The translations under genes were made by a program, and so were the position numbers. Positions 40,950 through 52,604 of a stretch of 64,000 nucleotides of DNA are shown here, in pieces. Under the pieces are notes generated by a model. The model worked only from the letters and a program-made list of their open reading frames with translations, did not search any database and was not told the origin of the DNA. The stretch lies in the NCBI GenBank assembly GCA_041581635.1, contig JBFICW010000007.1, forward strand, positions 4,765 to 68,764. The letters run 5' to 3'. Positions within the stretch are counted from its first letter, which is position 1; every line of letters begins with the position of its first letter. This stretch comes from Porticoccus sp. GTDB taxonomy: Bacteria; Pseudomonadota; Gammaproteobacteria; Pseudomonadales; Porticoccaceae.

Positions 40950-42161
40950 CTACTTATATAGCACACGATAGATAGCTCCCGCGTAATCATCAGAAATATA
41001 AATGCTGCCATCGGGACCTTCTTCGATATCCACGGGGCGCCCTATGATTTGACCGCTAGGTTGCAGAAAGTGGGTCATAAAGTCTTCACTGGTGATCATT
41101 CCCATGTCGTCCCATCTCAATGCGACGACTTTGTATCCATCGGGTTCACTCCTATTCCAAGAGCCGTGCAAAGCGACAAGAGCCGTACGTTGATAGCTTT
41201 CTGGAAGCGATGGGTGGCGAAGGAAATGAATACCCAGTGGTGCATTGTGGGCGCGAAAACCAAAACTGGGTGAAATGCTGGTTTTCAATAGAAAGTCCTG
41301 ACCCTTCCCATAATCGGGGTCCAATTCCCCAAAGCCATTGATATGGGGCCACCCGTAAAAGCCACCGGCCGTTATCTGATTAAGTTCACAGGGTGGGTAA
41401 TTGTCACCTAATAAATCACGGCCATTATCCGTGGCATAGAGCTTGTCGTTCCAAGGTGCCCAGTCAAAGCCTACGCTGTTTCTAAGGCCTGTAGCGTAGA
41501 TCTGGCTGTCTGAGCCATCGGGGCGAACTCTCATCATGGTTGCGCGACGAATATCTGATTCCAGGCAAACATTACAGCTGGAACCTATGGTCAAATAGAG
41601 CCAGTTGTCACGGCTGAACTGGATGGTTCTGGTTCGGTGTCCTCCATCATCGGGGAGATCTGTCATGATGGATTCATAATCGCCCAGTGTTTTGCCGGTG
41701 CGCCAGTCTATAGCGATCCGGCCTATTGCATGGGTTTCTGCAATATAGAGCCAGGTTTTTCGTCCATCATCATAGAGGTCGATACCGTGGGGGTGCTTTA
41801 GTCCTCCGATTAACTGGGTGGTACTTTCGGCTTTTCCATCATGATTGTGATCGGTTAAAAGATAAACGGCACCTGTACGCGGCGAGCTCACCAGCAATTG
41901 CCCTGTCGGGGCGATCTTCAGCAGCCTGGCATTCGGTAGATGATCAGCAAAAATAGATAGCTCAAACCTCGGGGGGACGGCGAGCGCATTCTTGGTTGCT
42001 TGGGAGGAGGTAGGGCTGCCTATACCCGTTAGTGAGTTAAATAGTACCTGGTAACTGCTAACCTTCGGCCAAAGAACGAATGTTGTGGCCAGGATAAGTG
42101 CCAGAGTGAGACTCAGTAAGATGAGCGTCACTCGTTTTTTCCATGCGGATAGTTTTGCCAT
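40950..42161 (-). CDS. PQQ-dependent sugar (glucose/sorbosone) dehydrogenase-family beta-propeller
   Basis: N-terminal anchor, GGHRTRTI, GLRNSVG, DNGRDLLG, GFYGWP, AHNAPLG, ALHGSWNR, GRPVDI. Confidence 0.85.
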   Translation of the reverse strand: MAKLSAWKKRVTLILLSLTLALILATTFVLWPKVSSYQVLFNSLTGIGSPTSSQATKNALAVPPRFELSIFADHLPNARLLKIAPTGQLLVSSPRTGAVYLLTDHNHDGKAESTTQLIGGLKHPHGIDLYDDGRKTWLYIAETHAIGRIAIDWRTGKTLGDYESIMTDLPDDGGHRTRTIQFSRDNWLYLTIGSSCNVCLESDIRRATMMRVRPDGSDSQIYATGLRNSVGFDWAPWNDKLYATDNGRDLLGDNYPPCELNQITAGGFYGWPHINGFGELDPDYGKGQDFLLKTSISPSFGFRAHNAPLGIHFLRHPSLPESYQRTALVALHGSWNRSEPDGYKVVALRWDDMGMITSEDFMTHFLQPSGQIIGRPVDIEEGPDGSIYISDDYAGAIYRVLYK

Positions 42162-42252
42162 GGCTTCATTATAGAAGCATAGAGCGGAACTGTTTATAGG
42201 GACGGCGGGTTATAAGGGTAGGGCGGAGTTAGACTGAGACTTGTTTGGTTTT

Positions 42253-42288
42253 TGTTAATACCCCAAAAATGAGTTTGGGGTATTAACA
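42253..42288. repeat. Perfect 15-bp inverted repeat just downstream of ychF
   Basis: TGTTAATACCCCAAA-AATGAG-TTTGGGGTATTAACA. Confidence 0.8.
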
Positions 42289-42295
42289 TTGGCTT

Positions 42296-43387
42296 TTACA
42301 CATTAAAGCGGAAGTGGATGACATCGCCGTCACTCACAACATAGTCCTTACCTTCCAAGCGCCATTTTCCCGCATCTTTAGCACCTTGCTCACCCTTGCA
42401 GGCAATAAAATCATCGTATGCAATGACTTCTGCGCGGATAAATCCCTTTTCAAAATCTGTGTGAATTTTACCGGCAGATTGAGGTGCGGTGGCACCAACA
42501 GGGATGGTCCATGCGCGTACTTCCTTAACGCCAGCGGTAAAGTAGGTTTGAAGGCCAAGTAATTTATATCCGGCTCGAATGACTCGGTTTAGACCGGGTT
42601 CACCCATGCCCATTTCCTGAAGAAATTCTAATTTTTCATCGTCATCCAATTCTGCAATTTCTGATTCCAGCTTGTTGCAGATGGGTACAACTACTGCATT
42701 TTCGGTCTCTGCAATTGACAGTACCGTATTAAGGTAGGGGTTGTTTTCAAAGCCGTCTTCATCGACATTGGCGATGTACATGGTAGGTTTGAGGGTCAGC
42801 ATGTTGAGAGGTTTGAGTATTTTTAGCTCGTCCTGATCTAGCGCCATAGATCTTAGCGGCTTGGCTTCGTCTAAATGCGGTTGAATTTTTTCAAGTACCG
42901 CTTTCAGAATAATGGCGTCCTTATCCTGGCCTTTGGCGGCTTTAGCGGCACGTTGTAATGCTTTTTCGACGGTTTCCAGATCGGCTAGAGCTAATTCTGT
43001 ATTGATGACTTCGATATCTGCGGTTGGGTCAATTTTCCCCTCAACGTGAACCACATTCTCGTCATCGAAGCAGCGAACGACATGTGCAATGGCATCGGTT
43101 TCTCGAATATTGGCAAGAAACTTGTTGCCAAGGCCTTCGCCTTTGGATGCGCCGGCTACCAACCCGGCGATATCTACAAATTCCATTGTGGTGGGAATAA
43201 TGCGCTCTGGTTTGACGATCTCTGCTAGATTGTCCTGGCGTGGATCAGGAATGGGGACTATCCCTGTGTTGGGCTCTATCGTGCAAAATGGAAAATTTGC
43301 CGCATCAATGCCCGCTTTGGTTAGCGCGTTGAAGAGGGTGGACTTGCCGACATTGGGAAGGCCGACGATACCGCAGTTAAAACCCAT
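42296..43387 (-). CDS. ychF: Redox-regulated ribosome-binding ATPase YchF
   Basis: [31 protein letters not shown]-like C terminus FRFNV. Confidence 0.98.
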   Translation of the reverse strand: MGFNCGIVGLPNVGKSTLFNALTKAGIDAANFPFCTIEPNTGIVPIPDPRQDNLAEIVKPERIIPTTMEFVDIAGLVAGASKGEGLGNKFLANIRETDAIAHVVRCFDDENVVHVEGKIDPTADIEVINTELALADLETVEKALQRAAKAAKGQDKDAIILKAVLEKIQPHLDEAKPLRSMALDQDELKILKPLNMLTLKPTMYIANVDEDGFENNPYLNTVLSIAETENAVVVPICNKLESEIAELDDDEKLEFLQEMGMGEPGLNRVIRAGYKLLGLQTYFTAGVKEVRAWTIPVGATAPQSAGKIHTDFEKGFIRAEVIAYDDFIACKGEQGAKDAGKWRLEGKDYVVSDGDVIHFRFNV

Positions 43388-43444
43388 TATTTATACTCTC
43401 AAATATCGGAGGCCTTATTACGGGCCGACTGGTTAAAGTTGTTT

Positions 43445-44026
43445 TTACTGCGAATGCAGTTCTTTCATCGCGCTGTTCCATTGCCCCGCAACGGCCATAG
43501 GTATGACGCGAATAGCATCGTCGATACTTTGGTTAATCAGTTGTTGTTCACTTTGAGGTGCTTTGCGAAGTACAAAATTGACGACTTCGCTGGCGTGACC
43601 TGGATGGCCAATACCAATACGCAGACGGGCAAAGTTACGGCAGTTGCCCAGCGCCTTAATAGTGTCTTTCAGGCCATTGTGTCCGCCGTGACCACCTCCA
43701 ATTTTGAGGCGTGAAGTTCCGGGGTTGAGATCGAGTTCATCGTGCGCAACCAAGATAGCTTCTGGTGGTATTTGGTAGAACCCCGCCATGGCAGCAACTG
43801 CTTTGCCACTTAGGTTCATATAGGTATCGGGTAACAGCAGTCGAACGTCGTGGCCATTGAACGAGGCCCTGCCAGTGGCGCCAAAAAACTTACTTTCCTG
43901 TTTAAGTGTTATTCCGCAATGTTGGGATAGGGCCAAAACAAAATCGGCCCCGGCATTGTGACGGGTTTGTTCATATTGAGGGCCTGGGTTTCCCAGGCCG
44001 ACAATCAGTTGAACAGGTGTGTCCAA
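43445..44026 (-). CDS. pth: Peptidyl-tRNA hydrolase
   Basis: [26 protein letters not shown]. Confidence 0.98.
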   Translation of the reverse strand: MDTPVQLIVGLGNPGPQYEQTRHNAGADFVLALSQHCGITLKQESKFFGATGRASFNGHDVRLLLPDTYMNLSGKAVAAMAGFYQIPPEAILVAHDELDLNPGTSRLKIGGGHGGHNGLKDTIKALGNCRNFARLRIGIGHPGHASEVVNFVLRKAPQSEQQLINQSIDDAIRVIPMAVAGQWNSAMKELHSQ

Positions 44027-44066
44027 TGTCGGAGCCTCTTTTATCGAAGGAGGTTAGCTCGAGAAA

Positions 44067-44723
44067 TTACTCGCCGCCGTTCTCTTCTTCGCCTTCAGCT
44101 GCTGGAGCTTCTTCACTTTCTTCAGTTTCTTCCACTACAGCTTTAGGCTTGTTAATAGTAAAGATGGGTAGATCGTGTTCTTCACCATGGCTCAGGCCAA
44201 CGCTTTCTACACCTTTCGGCATGACTATATCTGAAATATGCAGGACTTGGCCTATTTCTACATCGGTTACGTCTACCTCGATGTACTCGGGCAGATTGCC
44301 TGGCAGACAGCTGATATCCAGCTCTGTCATGTTGTGAGAAATTATCCCGCCACCCAGTTTAACGCCATCACAGATCTCTTCATTAATGAAGTGAAGTGGT
44401 ACTTTGGTTTGCAGTTTCTTGGTCTTACTAACGCGCATGAAATCGGCGTGCAGCACGATGGGCTTGGCTGGGTGACGCTGAAGGTCTTTCAGAATCACAT
44501 CTTCAGACTTGCCATCTACATCGAGAGTAATAATGTGTGAATAGAAAGCTTCGTTTGACAGTGCGTGCTCGAATTCATTTTGAGTAAGACTGATATTTTG
44601 TGGTGCTTCTTTTCCGCCGTAGATGATGGCGGGCACTTGTTTGTCCAGGCGACGTAGGCGGCGGCTCGCACCTTTCCCCATGTCGTTCCGGACCTTTGCA
44701 TTCAATTTAAAATCATTGGACAT
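44067..44723 (-). CDS. rplY: 50S ribosomal protein L25 / general stress protein Ctc
   Basis: GKGASRRLRR, PAIIYGG, LQRHPAK, HADF; long two-domain form with acidic tail. Confidence 0.97.
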   Translation of the reverse strand: MSNDFKLNAKVRNDMGKGASRRLRRLDKQVPAIIYGGKEAPQNISLTQNEFEHALSNEAFYSHIITLDVDGKSEDVILKDLQRHPAKPIVLHADFMRVSKTKKLQTKVPLHFINEEICDGVKLGGGIISHNMTELDISCLPGNLPEYIEVDVTDVEIGQVLHISDIVMPKGVESVGLSHGEEHDLPIFTINKPKAVVEETEESEEAPAAEGEEENGGE

Positions 44724-44790
44724 TGCCTTGACTCCTGATTATTCCCAAATCAATCCGCGACCAGAATTGAAACGGGGTATTTAGATAGCC
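44724..44790 (-). promoter_or_regulatory. Candidate rplY leader structure
   Basis: Hairpin TCAATTC-TGGTCGC-GGATTGA (44750..44770) upstream of the RBS. Confidence 0.45.
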
Positions 44791-44850
44791 CTTTATTGGG
44801 CAGTTAGTTATCCAGTTGCTATGTTTGGCTCAATTAATGTTAAGTAGAGC

Positions 44851-45792
44851 TTAGTCAAACATCGCACTGATGGATTCTTCATTGCTGACGCGGCGCATCG
44901 CCTCTGCCAGCATTTGTCCCAAACTCAGTACTCTAATCGACTTGCTGTTTTTTGCAGTCTCACTGAGAGGAATGCTGTTAGTGACTACCATGGTATCCAG
45001 CGCAGACTTTTCAATGTTGTCGATGGCATTGCCCGAGAACACCGGGTGAGTGCAGTAGGCGACGACTTTCTCAGCGCCGCGATCCTTCAACGCGTCGGCG
45101 GCTTTACAGAGCGTGCCAGCAGTATCGACGATGTCGTCCATCAGAATACAGGTGCGGCCTTCTACATCGCCGATTAGGTTCATCACTTCAATCTGATTGG
45201 CTTCCGGGCGACGCTTGTCAATAATGGCTAATTCAGTATTGAGCTGTTTGGCCATGGCTCGAGCGCGAACCACACCGCCAATATCGGGAGATACTACCGT
45301 TGGGTTTTGATAGTTTTGGCGTTGTACGTCGCCGATCAGCACCGGTAAACCGTAGACGTTGTCTACCGCACAGTCAAAAAACCCCTGAATCTGTTCGGCG
45401 TGCAAATCAACGGTCATTACGCGATCGACACCCACATTGGTAATCATGTCAGCGACAACTTTGGCACTGATCGGCACGCGAATTGAACGAACTCGACGAT
45501 CTTGGCGAGCATAGCCAAAATAGGGAACCACGGCCGTAATACGGCCAGCTGAAGCACGACGCAGGGCGTCGACCATCAAAATGAGCTCCATCAGGTTTTT
45601 ATGGGTGGGTTCGCAGGTTGGTTGAACGACGAATACATCGCGTCCGCGCACGTTCTCGCGAATCTCAATATTGATTTCGCCATCTGAGAACTGAGATACC
45701 AGTGCGTTGCCTAGTGGGAAGCCTAGAAATCGGGCGATTTCGTTTGCTAGCTCCGGGTTGGCATTCCCGGAGAAAACCATCAAGTTAGCCAC
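44851..45792 (-). CDS. prs: Ribose-phosphate pyrophosphokinase
   Basis: [38 protein letters not shown]; GTG start 45792 (the ORF-track extension runs through the tRNA). Confidence 0.98.
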   Translation of the reverse strand: MANLMVFSGNANPELANEIARFLGFPLGNALVSQFSDGEINIEIRENVRGRDVFVVQPTCEPTHKNLMELILMVDALRRASAGRITAVVPYFGYARQDRRVRSIRVPISAKVVADMITNVGVDRVMTVDLHAEQIQGFFDCAVDNVYGLPVLIGDVQRQNYQNPTVVSPDIGGVVRARAMAKQLNTELAIIDKRRPEANQIEVMNLIGDVEGRTCILMDDIVDTAGTLCKAADALKDRGAEKVVAYCTHPVFSGNAIDNIEKSALDTMVVTNSIPLSETAKNSKSIRVLSLGQMLAEAMRRVSNEESISAMFD

Positions 45793-45841
45793 AATATTTT
45801 CCTGATCAGAGGTAAGATTTCTCCGGCGTCCCAGAGGAATA

Positions 45842-45917
45842 TGGCTGGGGTGGGAGGACTCGAACCTCCGAATGACGGGATCAAAACCCGTTGCCTTAGC
45901 CACTTGGCGACACCCCA
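45842..45917 (-). tRNA. tRNA-Gln (anticodon TTG)
   Basis: TGGGGTGTCGCCAAGTGGCTAAGGCAACGGGTTTTGATCCCGTCATTCGGAGGTTCGAGTCCTCCCACCCCAGCCA; lies between ispE and prs. Confidence 0.96.
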
Positions 45918-45925
45918 GTAATAGC

Positions 45926-46765
45926 TTATTTAGACGGTAAGCTGCATAGCAGCGGGGATTGGTTGACCCCTTTGGCGACAAAGCCTTCCCACTGTGCCGG
46001 CATTTGTTCAAGTACCGACATTGCATCATGTTTTGATGCAAATTGGGCAAATAGGCAGGCACCTGTTCCCGTCAGTCGAGTTTCAGCGAATTGGGCCAGC
46101 CATTGGCGGGCTTTTTTCACCTCAGGGTAAAGTGCTTCAACCACTGTTTGACAGTCGTTTCGGCCACCCTGCTCGAGAAAGGCGCGTATTTTGATCGGAT
46201 GAGTGTTTCTTGTCAAACCCTGATGAGTAAAAACTTCGTCAGTAGATACATGTATGCCTGGCTTCATGATCAAATACCAGTAGCTTGGCATTTCTACAGG
46301 GGTGAGTTGATCGCCTACGCCTTCGGCCCAGGCTGTATGCCCTAGTACGAAAACAGGCACGTCAGCACCTAGCCGAGAGCCAATGTTCAGTAGTTCCTTT
46401 GTCGGTAATCCCAGCTGCCATAAAGCATTCAGGCCCAGTAGTGTGGTGGCTGCATCACTACTACCTCCGCCCAACCCACCGCCCATGGGCAGGCGCTTAT
46501 GAAGGGTGATGTCTGCGCCCAACTCGCATCCACTGTGTTGTTGGAGCATTTTTGCGGCTTGGTAGACAAGGTTTTGTTCGCTCGGAATACTTTGGATAGT
46601 CGGAGATAAATGTATATTTCCACTGTGGTTAAGTGAAAAATCCAATTGGTCTCCGTAATCAAGCAATTGAAAGAGTGTTTGGAGGTTGTGATACCCGTCA
46701 GCGCGGCGGCCAGTAATATGTAGGAACAGATTGATTTTTGCTGGAGCGGGTAAGGATAGTTTCAT
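45926..46765 (-). CDS. ispE: 4-diphosphocytidyl-2-C-methyl-D-erythritol kinase
   Basis: [36 protein letters not shown]. Confidence 0.97.
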   Translation of the reverse strand: MKLSLPAPAKINLFLHITGRRADGYHNLQTLFQLLDYGDQLDFSLNHSGNIHLSPTIQSIPSEQNLVYQAAKMLQQHSGCELGADITLHKRLPMGGGLGGGSSDAATTLLGLNALWQLGLPTKELLNIGSRLGADVPVFVLGHTAWAEGVGDQLTPVEMPSYWYLIMKPGIHVSTDEVFTHQGLTRNTHPIKIRAFLEQGGRNDCQTVVEALYPEVKKARQWLAQFAETRLTGTGACLFAQFASKHDAMSVLEQMPAQWEGFVAKGVNQSPLLCSLPSK

Positions 46766-47373
46766 CGGGCCTGATCACCAGGCTGCCAGTTCTTGATGAC
46801 CAGGGTAAATTTGTAGTCACCGTGTTGGCCCTTGATTTTGTTGGGCAACAACCAGCCATCAACTTGCTGGTATCCAGAAAACTGCAACTGCCAATTGGAT
46901 TGATACAGTTGTGCCAGCGTGCCGTCAGGGTTATGACTCAGACTATCGGATTGGGTGCCGGGAGACGGGATGCCACGTACCCAGAATTGCAGTTGTTCTA
47001 TGGGCCATTGCCAGCCAAATAATTCCTTGGTTAGCGCTCCGGGTGACACGGCCGTTATCTTTTCATGTCCAGCGCGTTGTAGTTCAGCATGGCTTTTATG
47101 CCCCGAAATATAGGTCGCTCCCGCCCCAAAAGGACCATTGAGTTTTAGTTCAAAGGTATCTTGTTGTTGCGCCCAGTTGACCCAGGCGCTGCCACCTTCA
47201 CGGCTATCTCGATAACCCAGCTTTCCATTCAGTAGCCAGGTATCTAATTGTTGTAACTGCCGGACATGTTGCTCCCAGTTAACGACCGCTGTGGTTGGTT
47301 GGTAGGTTTGTGTGGAGCAGGCAATCATCAGTGTTGCCGTTAGTGCCAGCGGTAATTTCAGGAGTAATCTCAT
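46762..47373 (-). CDS. lolB: Outer-membrane lipoprotein insertase LolB
   Basis: Lipobox MIAC, WLLNGKLG, GPFGAGA, WVRGIP. Confidence 0.92.
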   Translation of the reverse strand: MRLLLKLPLALTATLMIACSTQTYQPTTAVVNWEQHVRQLQQLDTWLLNGKLGYRDSREGGSAWVNWAQQQDTFELKLNGPFGAGATYISGHKSHAELQRAGHEKITAVSPGALTKELFGWQWPIEQLQFWVRGIPSPGTQSDSLSHNPDGTLAQLYQSNWQLQFSGYQQVDGWLLPNKIKGQHGDYKFTLVIKNWQPGDQAR

Positions 47374-47377
47374 CGGA

Positions 47378-49147
47378 TTATTCTGCTTTGAGGCGCTTCA
47401 TAGTTTGACGTACGGTATCATTTTCCGGGTCTTTTTCCAGGATGATTTCCCATACTGATGTAGCCTCTTCGCGCTGGCCGGTGACCCACAAGACTTCCCC
47501 AAGGTGTGCAGCCACCTCTGGGTCGGGCATTTTTTCCATGGCCTGACGCAGATGGTGAATAGCTTGGTCGTATTTACCCAGTTGGTAGAATACCCAGCCA
47601 AGACTATCAATAGTGGCAGGGTCGCCGGGGTTCAATTCCAGTGCTCTCAGTATTAAGTCATGAGCTTCTTCATAGCGATCGGTGTGTACCGTTAGTGTGT
47701 AACCGAGAGCATTGAGTGCCATCGCATTATCTGAGTCTTGTGCCAAAATGGCACGAAGGTCTGCCTCGGAGCGGGCGTAATCATTTTTCTGCTCGCTGAG
47801 CATGGAGCGCATATAAAGCAGCTGGATATTGTTTGGCTCCAGAAGAATAGCTTCGCTGAGTAAATAATAAGCATCATCCAGCAGTTGTTGTTCTGCAAGC
47901 AACTCCGATTCAATTTGGTACAGTGGCGCGGCTTGCTTTGGGTTGTCCAGGCGAAGTTTTTGCAGATAAAGCCGGGCATCCTTCATTTGGCCATGATTGA
48001 CCATAAACTTGCTGAGCCGAACTGCTGCAGGCAAAAACTTTGGTCCCGACAATACTTGCCGGTAGTGAAACAGAACGGATTCGATATTATTTTCCTGCTC
48101 TGCCATAGTTCCCAGCTCGAAATGGGCTGACGAGGCCGTGCTGGGAAATTGGATGAGCTGGGCAAATAGTTTCAAGGCTTCGACCTGTAGGCCTAACCCT
48201 CTGCTGGCTAAGGCCAGGGTGTAGATTAATTCGGGATCATTGGGGTACTCCTCTACCAGGCGCGTAAGCTGTTGGTGAGCCCCTTCTAAATCATCTTCTG
48301 CCAAAAATCGAGCATATTGAAGGCGTATTCGTCTGCTGCCAGGTGCGTTGACTAGCGACTGTTCAAGAAAGTTGGAGGCGGCCTCTTTGTTGCCCATCTG
48401 GTGAAGCAGTTGGGCTTTCAACATGATGGCGGGTTCTTTTACGAGCGTGGTTTCAAGTAGTTGGTCGACGATATTGATAGCATGGGCAAGTCGACCCTGT
48501 TGGCGCAGTAAAATTGCCTCAGTAAGTAATAGCGCCTCATTATTGGGGCTCAGAGTTTTTAATCGTGGGTATTGTTGTAGCAGCGTTTCTCGTTGTGCAG
48601 AGGTGGCCCGGTTCGCTGAGATAATCAGCGTCATCAGGGGTTCGTTGTGTTCGCGAAGCAAGCAAAATTCTGCATGGGGCAGTGCATCAATGTAACGTCC
48701 CGCTCTGCTAAGGGATAACGATGCCATACTGTGAGCATCGAGACTCTGTGGTTCTACCTCGCTCCATAATATGGACATTTCCAGTAGTGCTTCTCGGTTT
48801 TCAAGATAGGCCGCAATACGGGATGCCCTGCTTACCACACCGGGATCTCTGGTTTGTCTGGCTTGTATGAGGTATTTATCCAGTGATAAGGGGAGGTCGT
48901 TTCTGATACCTGCCAGCTCACCTACGAGCAGGTCGTAGAGACTTTCAGCTGAAAAGGGGCGTACGGGATAGTCGGTTTTAACTTCTTCAATAGTGGGGGT
49001 GGCATCTTTAGGTACCTCTGCTTCAAGTTTTTCCGTTTGATCGGGAGCCTCTACGCTGGTGGTGCTCTCTAAAGGTTGAGTGGCACAACCGTGAATCATT
49101 AGTATGGCTAAAACCAGTGCCAATGGGTTAAAACAGGCTTTTTTCAT
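47378..49147 (-). CDS. Tetratricopeptide-repeat lipoprotein
   Basis: Lipobox IHGC, TPRs, [24 protein letters not shown]; conserved hemA-divergent position; start ATG 49147. Confidence 0.9.
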   Translation of the reverse strand: MKKACFNPLALVLAILMIHGCATQPLESTTSVEAPDQTEKLEAEVPKDATPTIEEVKTDYPVRPFSAESLYDLLVGELAGIRNDLPLSLDKYLIQARQTRDPGVVSRASRIAAYLENREALLEMSILWSEVEPQSLDAHSMASLSLSRAGRYIDALPHAEFCLLREHNEPLMTLIISANRATSAQRETLLQQYPRLKTLSPNNEALLLTEAILLRQQGRLAHAINIVDQLLETTLVKEPAIMLKAQLLHQMGNKEAASNFLEQSLVNAPGSRRIRLQYARFLAEDDLEGAHQQLTRLVEEYPNDPELIYTLALASRGLGLQVEALKLFAQLIQFPSTASSAHFELGTMAEQENNIESVLFHYRQVLSGPKFLPAAVRLSKFMVNHGQMKDARLYLQKLRLDNPKQAAPLYQIESELLAEQQLLDDAYYLLSEAILLEPNNIQLLYMRSMLSEQKNDYARSEADLRAILAQDSDNAMALNALGYTLTVHTDRYEEAHDLILRALELNPGDPATIDSLGWVFYQLGKYDQAIHHLRQAMEKMPDPEVAAHLGEVLWVTGQREEATSVWEIILEKDPENDTVRQTMKRLKAE

Positions 49148-49313
49148 AGAGTTACTTATTTCGCGCAATTGCGTTATGGCTTGTTCCTGCATTGTAGCTA
49201 AATACTCTGACAATAACGAAATCAGACGATTCCATTTTGCTAAGTTCCAATATTGCTTGTCTTTAAACTCTGGGAATCGGACAATTGCGGGTTCATGTCT
49301 AAGCTCTGAATCT

Positions 49314-50600
49314 ATGGCCACCATTTTTGCTTTGGGAATCAATCACCGTACTGCGTCTCTTGATATTCGGGAGAGAGTCGCATTTGCGCCCGAGCAAATG
49401 GTTGACGCACTCCAGCAGATAGGTGATGTCGCTGGGGTTGGTGAGGTAGCCATTCTTTCCACATGTAATCGCACTGAAATCTATGGTGCCAGTGATCACC
49501 CTGAACAAGTGTTGGACTGGTTAGCTGAATATCATCAGATGTCCCGCCATGCCTTGGATGACTGCCACTATATCCACTATAGGGAAGATGCTGCCCGTCA
49601 TATTATGAAAGTGGCCAGTGGTTTGGATTCTATGATTCTAGGTGAACCACAAATTCTTGGTCAGCTAAAATCTGCGTATGCGGTAGCCAGAGAAGCGGGA
49701 AAAGTTTCCACGCATCTTAATCAATTGTTTCAACAGGCCTTTTCGATAGCAAAACAGGTTCGTACCGAAACAGCCATTGGTCAAAATCCTGTGTCAGTGG
49801 CATATGCTGCGGTGAATTTATCTCAACAGATATTTTCTGACTTGAGGGATGTGCGTGCACTTTTGATTGGTGCGGGCGAAACCATCGAATTGGTGGCAAG
49901 GCATTTACTGGATAAACAGGTCGGTGGCATTACTGTTGCCAACCGCACCTTGAGTCGTGCTCAGGATTTGGCTCAGAAATTTGGCGCGCACGCTATTTTA
50001 TTGTCTGAAATTCCCGAGTTCCTTCAAGGGGCTGATATGGTAATTTCTTCCACGGCCAGCCAGTTACCTATTCTTGGTAAGGGTGCGGTGGAATCTGCGT
50101 TAAAACAGCGCAAACATAAGCCTATGTTTATGGTGGATATTGCGGTGCCCAGAGACATCGAACCAGAGGTCGCTAAATTACAGGATGTCTACCTCTATAC
50201 CGTCGATGACCTTCAGGAGGTCATCTTGGAAAATATGCGCTCACGTGAGCAGGCTGCGAGCAAAGCCGAAGAAATTATTGAGGCTGGAGTGGCAGCCTGG
50301 CAGAGTCAGTGGCAGGCTCTGGGAGTGGTAGATACCATTCGTGCCTTCCGCAGCAGTGTAGAGGAAACCCGGGATCTGGAAATGGATAAAGCGCTGGCAG
50401 CACTGCAAACTGGTCAGGATCCCGAGCAAGTATTAAGAAGTCTCGCGCGGAACTTGACGAACAAACTATTGCATACCCCAACGGCAAGGTTAAAGCTCGC
50501 CGGAGAAGAGGGGCGTACAGAGCATATTCACTTGGCTCACGACCTGTTTGGTTTAAAAAAACCTGATGAAGACAGTTCAGATAAGTCGTCAGATAAATAA
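49314..50600 (+). CDS. hemA: Glutamyl-tRNA reductase
   Basis: [41 protein letters not shown]; start ATG 49314. Confidence 0.98.
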   Translation: MATIFALGINHRTASLDIRERVAFAPEQMVDALQQIGDVAGVGEVAILSTCNRTEIYGASDHPEQVLDWLAEYHQMSRHALDDCHYIHYREDAARHIMKVASGLDSMILGEPQILGQLKSAYAVAREAGKVSTHLNQLFQQAFSIAKQVRTETAIGQNPVSVAYAAVNLSQQIFSDLRDVRALLIGAGETIELVARHLLDKQVGGITVANRTLSRAQDLAQKFGAHAILLSEIPEFLQGADMVISSTASQLPILGKGAVESALKQRKHKPMFMVDIAVPRDIEPEVAKLQDVYLYTVDDLQEVILENMRSREQAASKAEEIIEAGVAAWQSQWQALGVVDTIRAFRSSVEETRDLEMDKALAALQTGQDPEQVLRSLARNLTNKLLHTPTARLKLAGEEGRTEHIHLAHDLFGLKKPDEDSSDKSSDK

Positions 50601-50629
50601 ACACGTAAATAAATAAATAAAGAGAATTA

Positions 50630-51712
50630 ATGAAAGCGTCCATCCTGGAAAAACTTCAGACGTTGTCCGACCGGCACGAAGAGGTGAGTGCACTATTAAG
50701 TGACCCCGATGTTATTGGCGATCAAAATCGTTATCGCGATCTGTCGAAAGAGTATTCTGAGCTGGAGCCTGTGGTTAAAACCTATGCCGACTACGTGCAG
50801 GCTCAGGAGAGTATTTCTGATGCTAAGTTACTTCTCAAAGATGCCGACCCGGATATGCGCGACATGGCGCAGGAGGAGATGAAGAGCGGTGAAGCAAAAC
50901 TAGAATCGTTGGAAGTTGAACTGCAAACATTATTGTTGCCTAAAGATCCCAACGATGAAAAAAATATTTTTCTCGAAATCCGTGCCGGAACCGGTGGCGA
51001 CGAGGCGGCTATTTTTTCTGGCGACTTGTTTCGTATGTATAGCAAATATGCTGAAAGTAAACGCTGGAAGGTGGAAATTATCAGTGAGAGCCTGGGTGAC
51101 CATGGTGGTTACAAAGAGATCATTAGCCGAATTGTAGGGCAGGGTGTGTACTCTCAGTTAAAATTTGAGTCTGGTGCTCATCGGGTGCAGCGAGTGCCTG
51201 AAACTGAATCTCAGGGGCGCGTTCATACCTCAGCCTGTACGGTAGCTGTGATGCCAGAAGCCGATGAGTTAGACGAGGTGAGTATTAATAAGGGAGACCT
51301 TCGGGTAGACACCTTCAGAGCATCGGGCGCTGGTGGTCAGCATGTTAACAAGACCGACTCAGCTATCCGGCTTACCCATTTGCCAACCGGTCTTGTGGTG
51401 GAATGCCAGGATGAACGTTCTCAACACAAGAACAAGGCGAGGGCAATGTCATTGTTGGCCGCTCGTTTGAAAAATGCTCAAGAGGAAGTTGCGGCAAAAA
51501 ATATTGCCGATGAGCGTCGTTTGCTGGTGGGGAGTGGTGATCGCTCAGAGCGGATTCGTACCTATAATTATCCTCAGGGCCGGGTGACTGACCACCGTAT
51601 CAATCTCACGTTGTATAAGCTGGGTGAAATAATGGAAGGACAGCTCACCGAAGTGGTTCAGCCTCTCATCAACGAGTATCAGGCCGAGCAGCTGGCCGAA
51701 TTGTCTGGATAA
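50630..51712 (+). CDS. prfA: Peptide chain release factor 1
   Basis: PxT motif (VPET), GAGGQ, RTYNYPQ. Confidence 0.99.
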   Translation: MKASILEKLQTLSDRHEEVSALLSDPDVIGDQNRYRDLSKEYSELEPVVKTYADYVQAQESISDAKLLLKDADPDMRDMAQEEMKSGEAKLESLEVELQTLLLPKDPNDEKNIFLEIRAGTGGDEAAIFSGDLFRMYSKYAESKRWKVEIISESLGDHGGYKEIISRIVGQGVYSQLKFESGAHRVQRVPETESQGRVHTSACTVAVMPEADELDEVSINKGDLRVDTFRASGAGGQHVNKTDSAIRLTHLPTGLVVECQDERSQHKNKARAMSLLAARLKNAQEEVAAKNIADERRLLVGSGDRSERIRTYNYPQGRVTDHRINLTLYKLGEIMEGQLTEVVQPLINEYQAEQLAELSG

Positions 51713-51716
51713 CCGC

Positions 51717-52562
51717 GTGTTGCTAACAATATCTGAGCTTCTAAAACAAAGTAGCGCGTTATTGGCTGTGAGTGATACGCCCAGGCTGGATGTAGAGATT
51801 TTACTTGGCTATGTTTTAGGAAAAGATCGAAGTTTCCTGTATACCTGGCCAGAGCATCCGCTCAATACAGATCAGCTCCACCAATTTCAACGGTTATTTG
51901 CCCGACGTCTGAACGGAGAGCCGGTGGCTCACCTGACAGGGCTGAGGGAGTTCTGGTCCCTTTCTCTAAAAGTATCTCCTGTGACATTAATTCCCAGGCC
52001 AGAAACCGAGTTGTTGGTTGAGTTGGCTCTGGGGTTGCGGCTTGGCGAGAAGGCATCTGTTCTTGATCTTGGTACCGGGACGGGTGCTATTGCCTTGGCA
52101 TTAGCCAGTGAAAAACAACATTGGAATATTTCTGCGGTGGATGCATCTGCTGCGGCCGTGGCACTTGCGGAAGAAAATCGAGAGCAACTCGGGTTTAATC
52201 ATGTCCAGGTATTTCAGAGTGACTGGTTTTCTAATCTCGCAGAAGAGCAATTTGATTTGATTGTTGGTAATCCGCCTTACATTTGTGCGAATGATCAACA
52301 TCTCAGTCAAGGGGATGTGCGATTTGAGCCCAGTTCTGCATTGGTGGCAGACGAGTCTGGCCTCGCAGATATTCGTACGATTGTTGCCGGTGCAGATTCA
52401 CACCTTAAGCACGGTGGGTGGCTGATGTTGGAGCATGGCTACGAGCAGGCTGGTCAGGTGCGTGAAGTCATGTTGCAGGCTGGATACTGTAACGTTGCGA
52501 CACATATTGATCTTGCTGGTCTAGACAGGGTAACCGTTTGTTGTAAAGCCTGGGCCGTTTAA
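51717..52562 (+). CDS. prmC: Release factor glutamine methyltransferase
   Basis: LIPRPETE, DLGTGTG, NPPY, LEHGYEQ. Confidence 0.97.
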   Translation: MLLTISELLKQSSALLAVSDTPRLDVEILLGYVLGKDRSFLYTWPEHPLNTDQLHQFQRLFARRLNGEPVAHLTGLREFWSLSLKVSPVTLIPRPETELLVELALGLRLGEKASVLDLGTGTGAIALALASEKQHWNISAVDASAAAVALAEENREQLGFNHVQVFQSDWFSNLAEEQFDLIVGNPPYICANDQHLSQGDVRFEPSSALVADESGLADIRTIVAGADSHLKHGGWLMLEHGYEQAGQVREVMLQAGYCNVATHIDLAGLDRVTVCCKAWAV

Positions 52563-52604
52563 AATAATTTTGGTGAAGTGTTTCCTTTGGCCCTGATTTT
52601 TCGG

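Noticed and set aside
45793-46062. N-terminal extension of Prs in the ORF track
   Set aside because: It runs through tRNA-Gln and the end of ispE; the true start is GTG 45792
49148-49342. Overlapping extensions of the TPR (to 49342) and hemA (from 49104) ORFs that suggest a dual-coding overlap
   Set aside because: Artefact of longest-ORF calling; plausible starts at 49147 and 49314 leave a normal divergent promoter region
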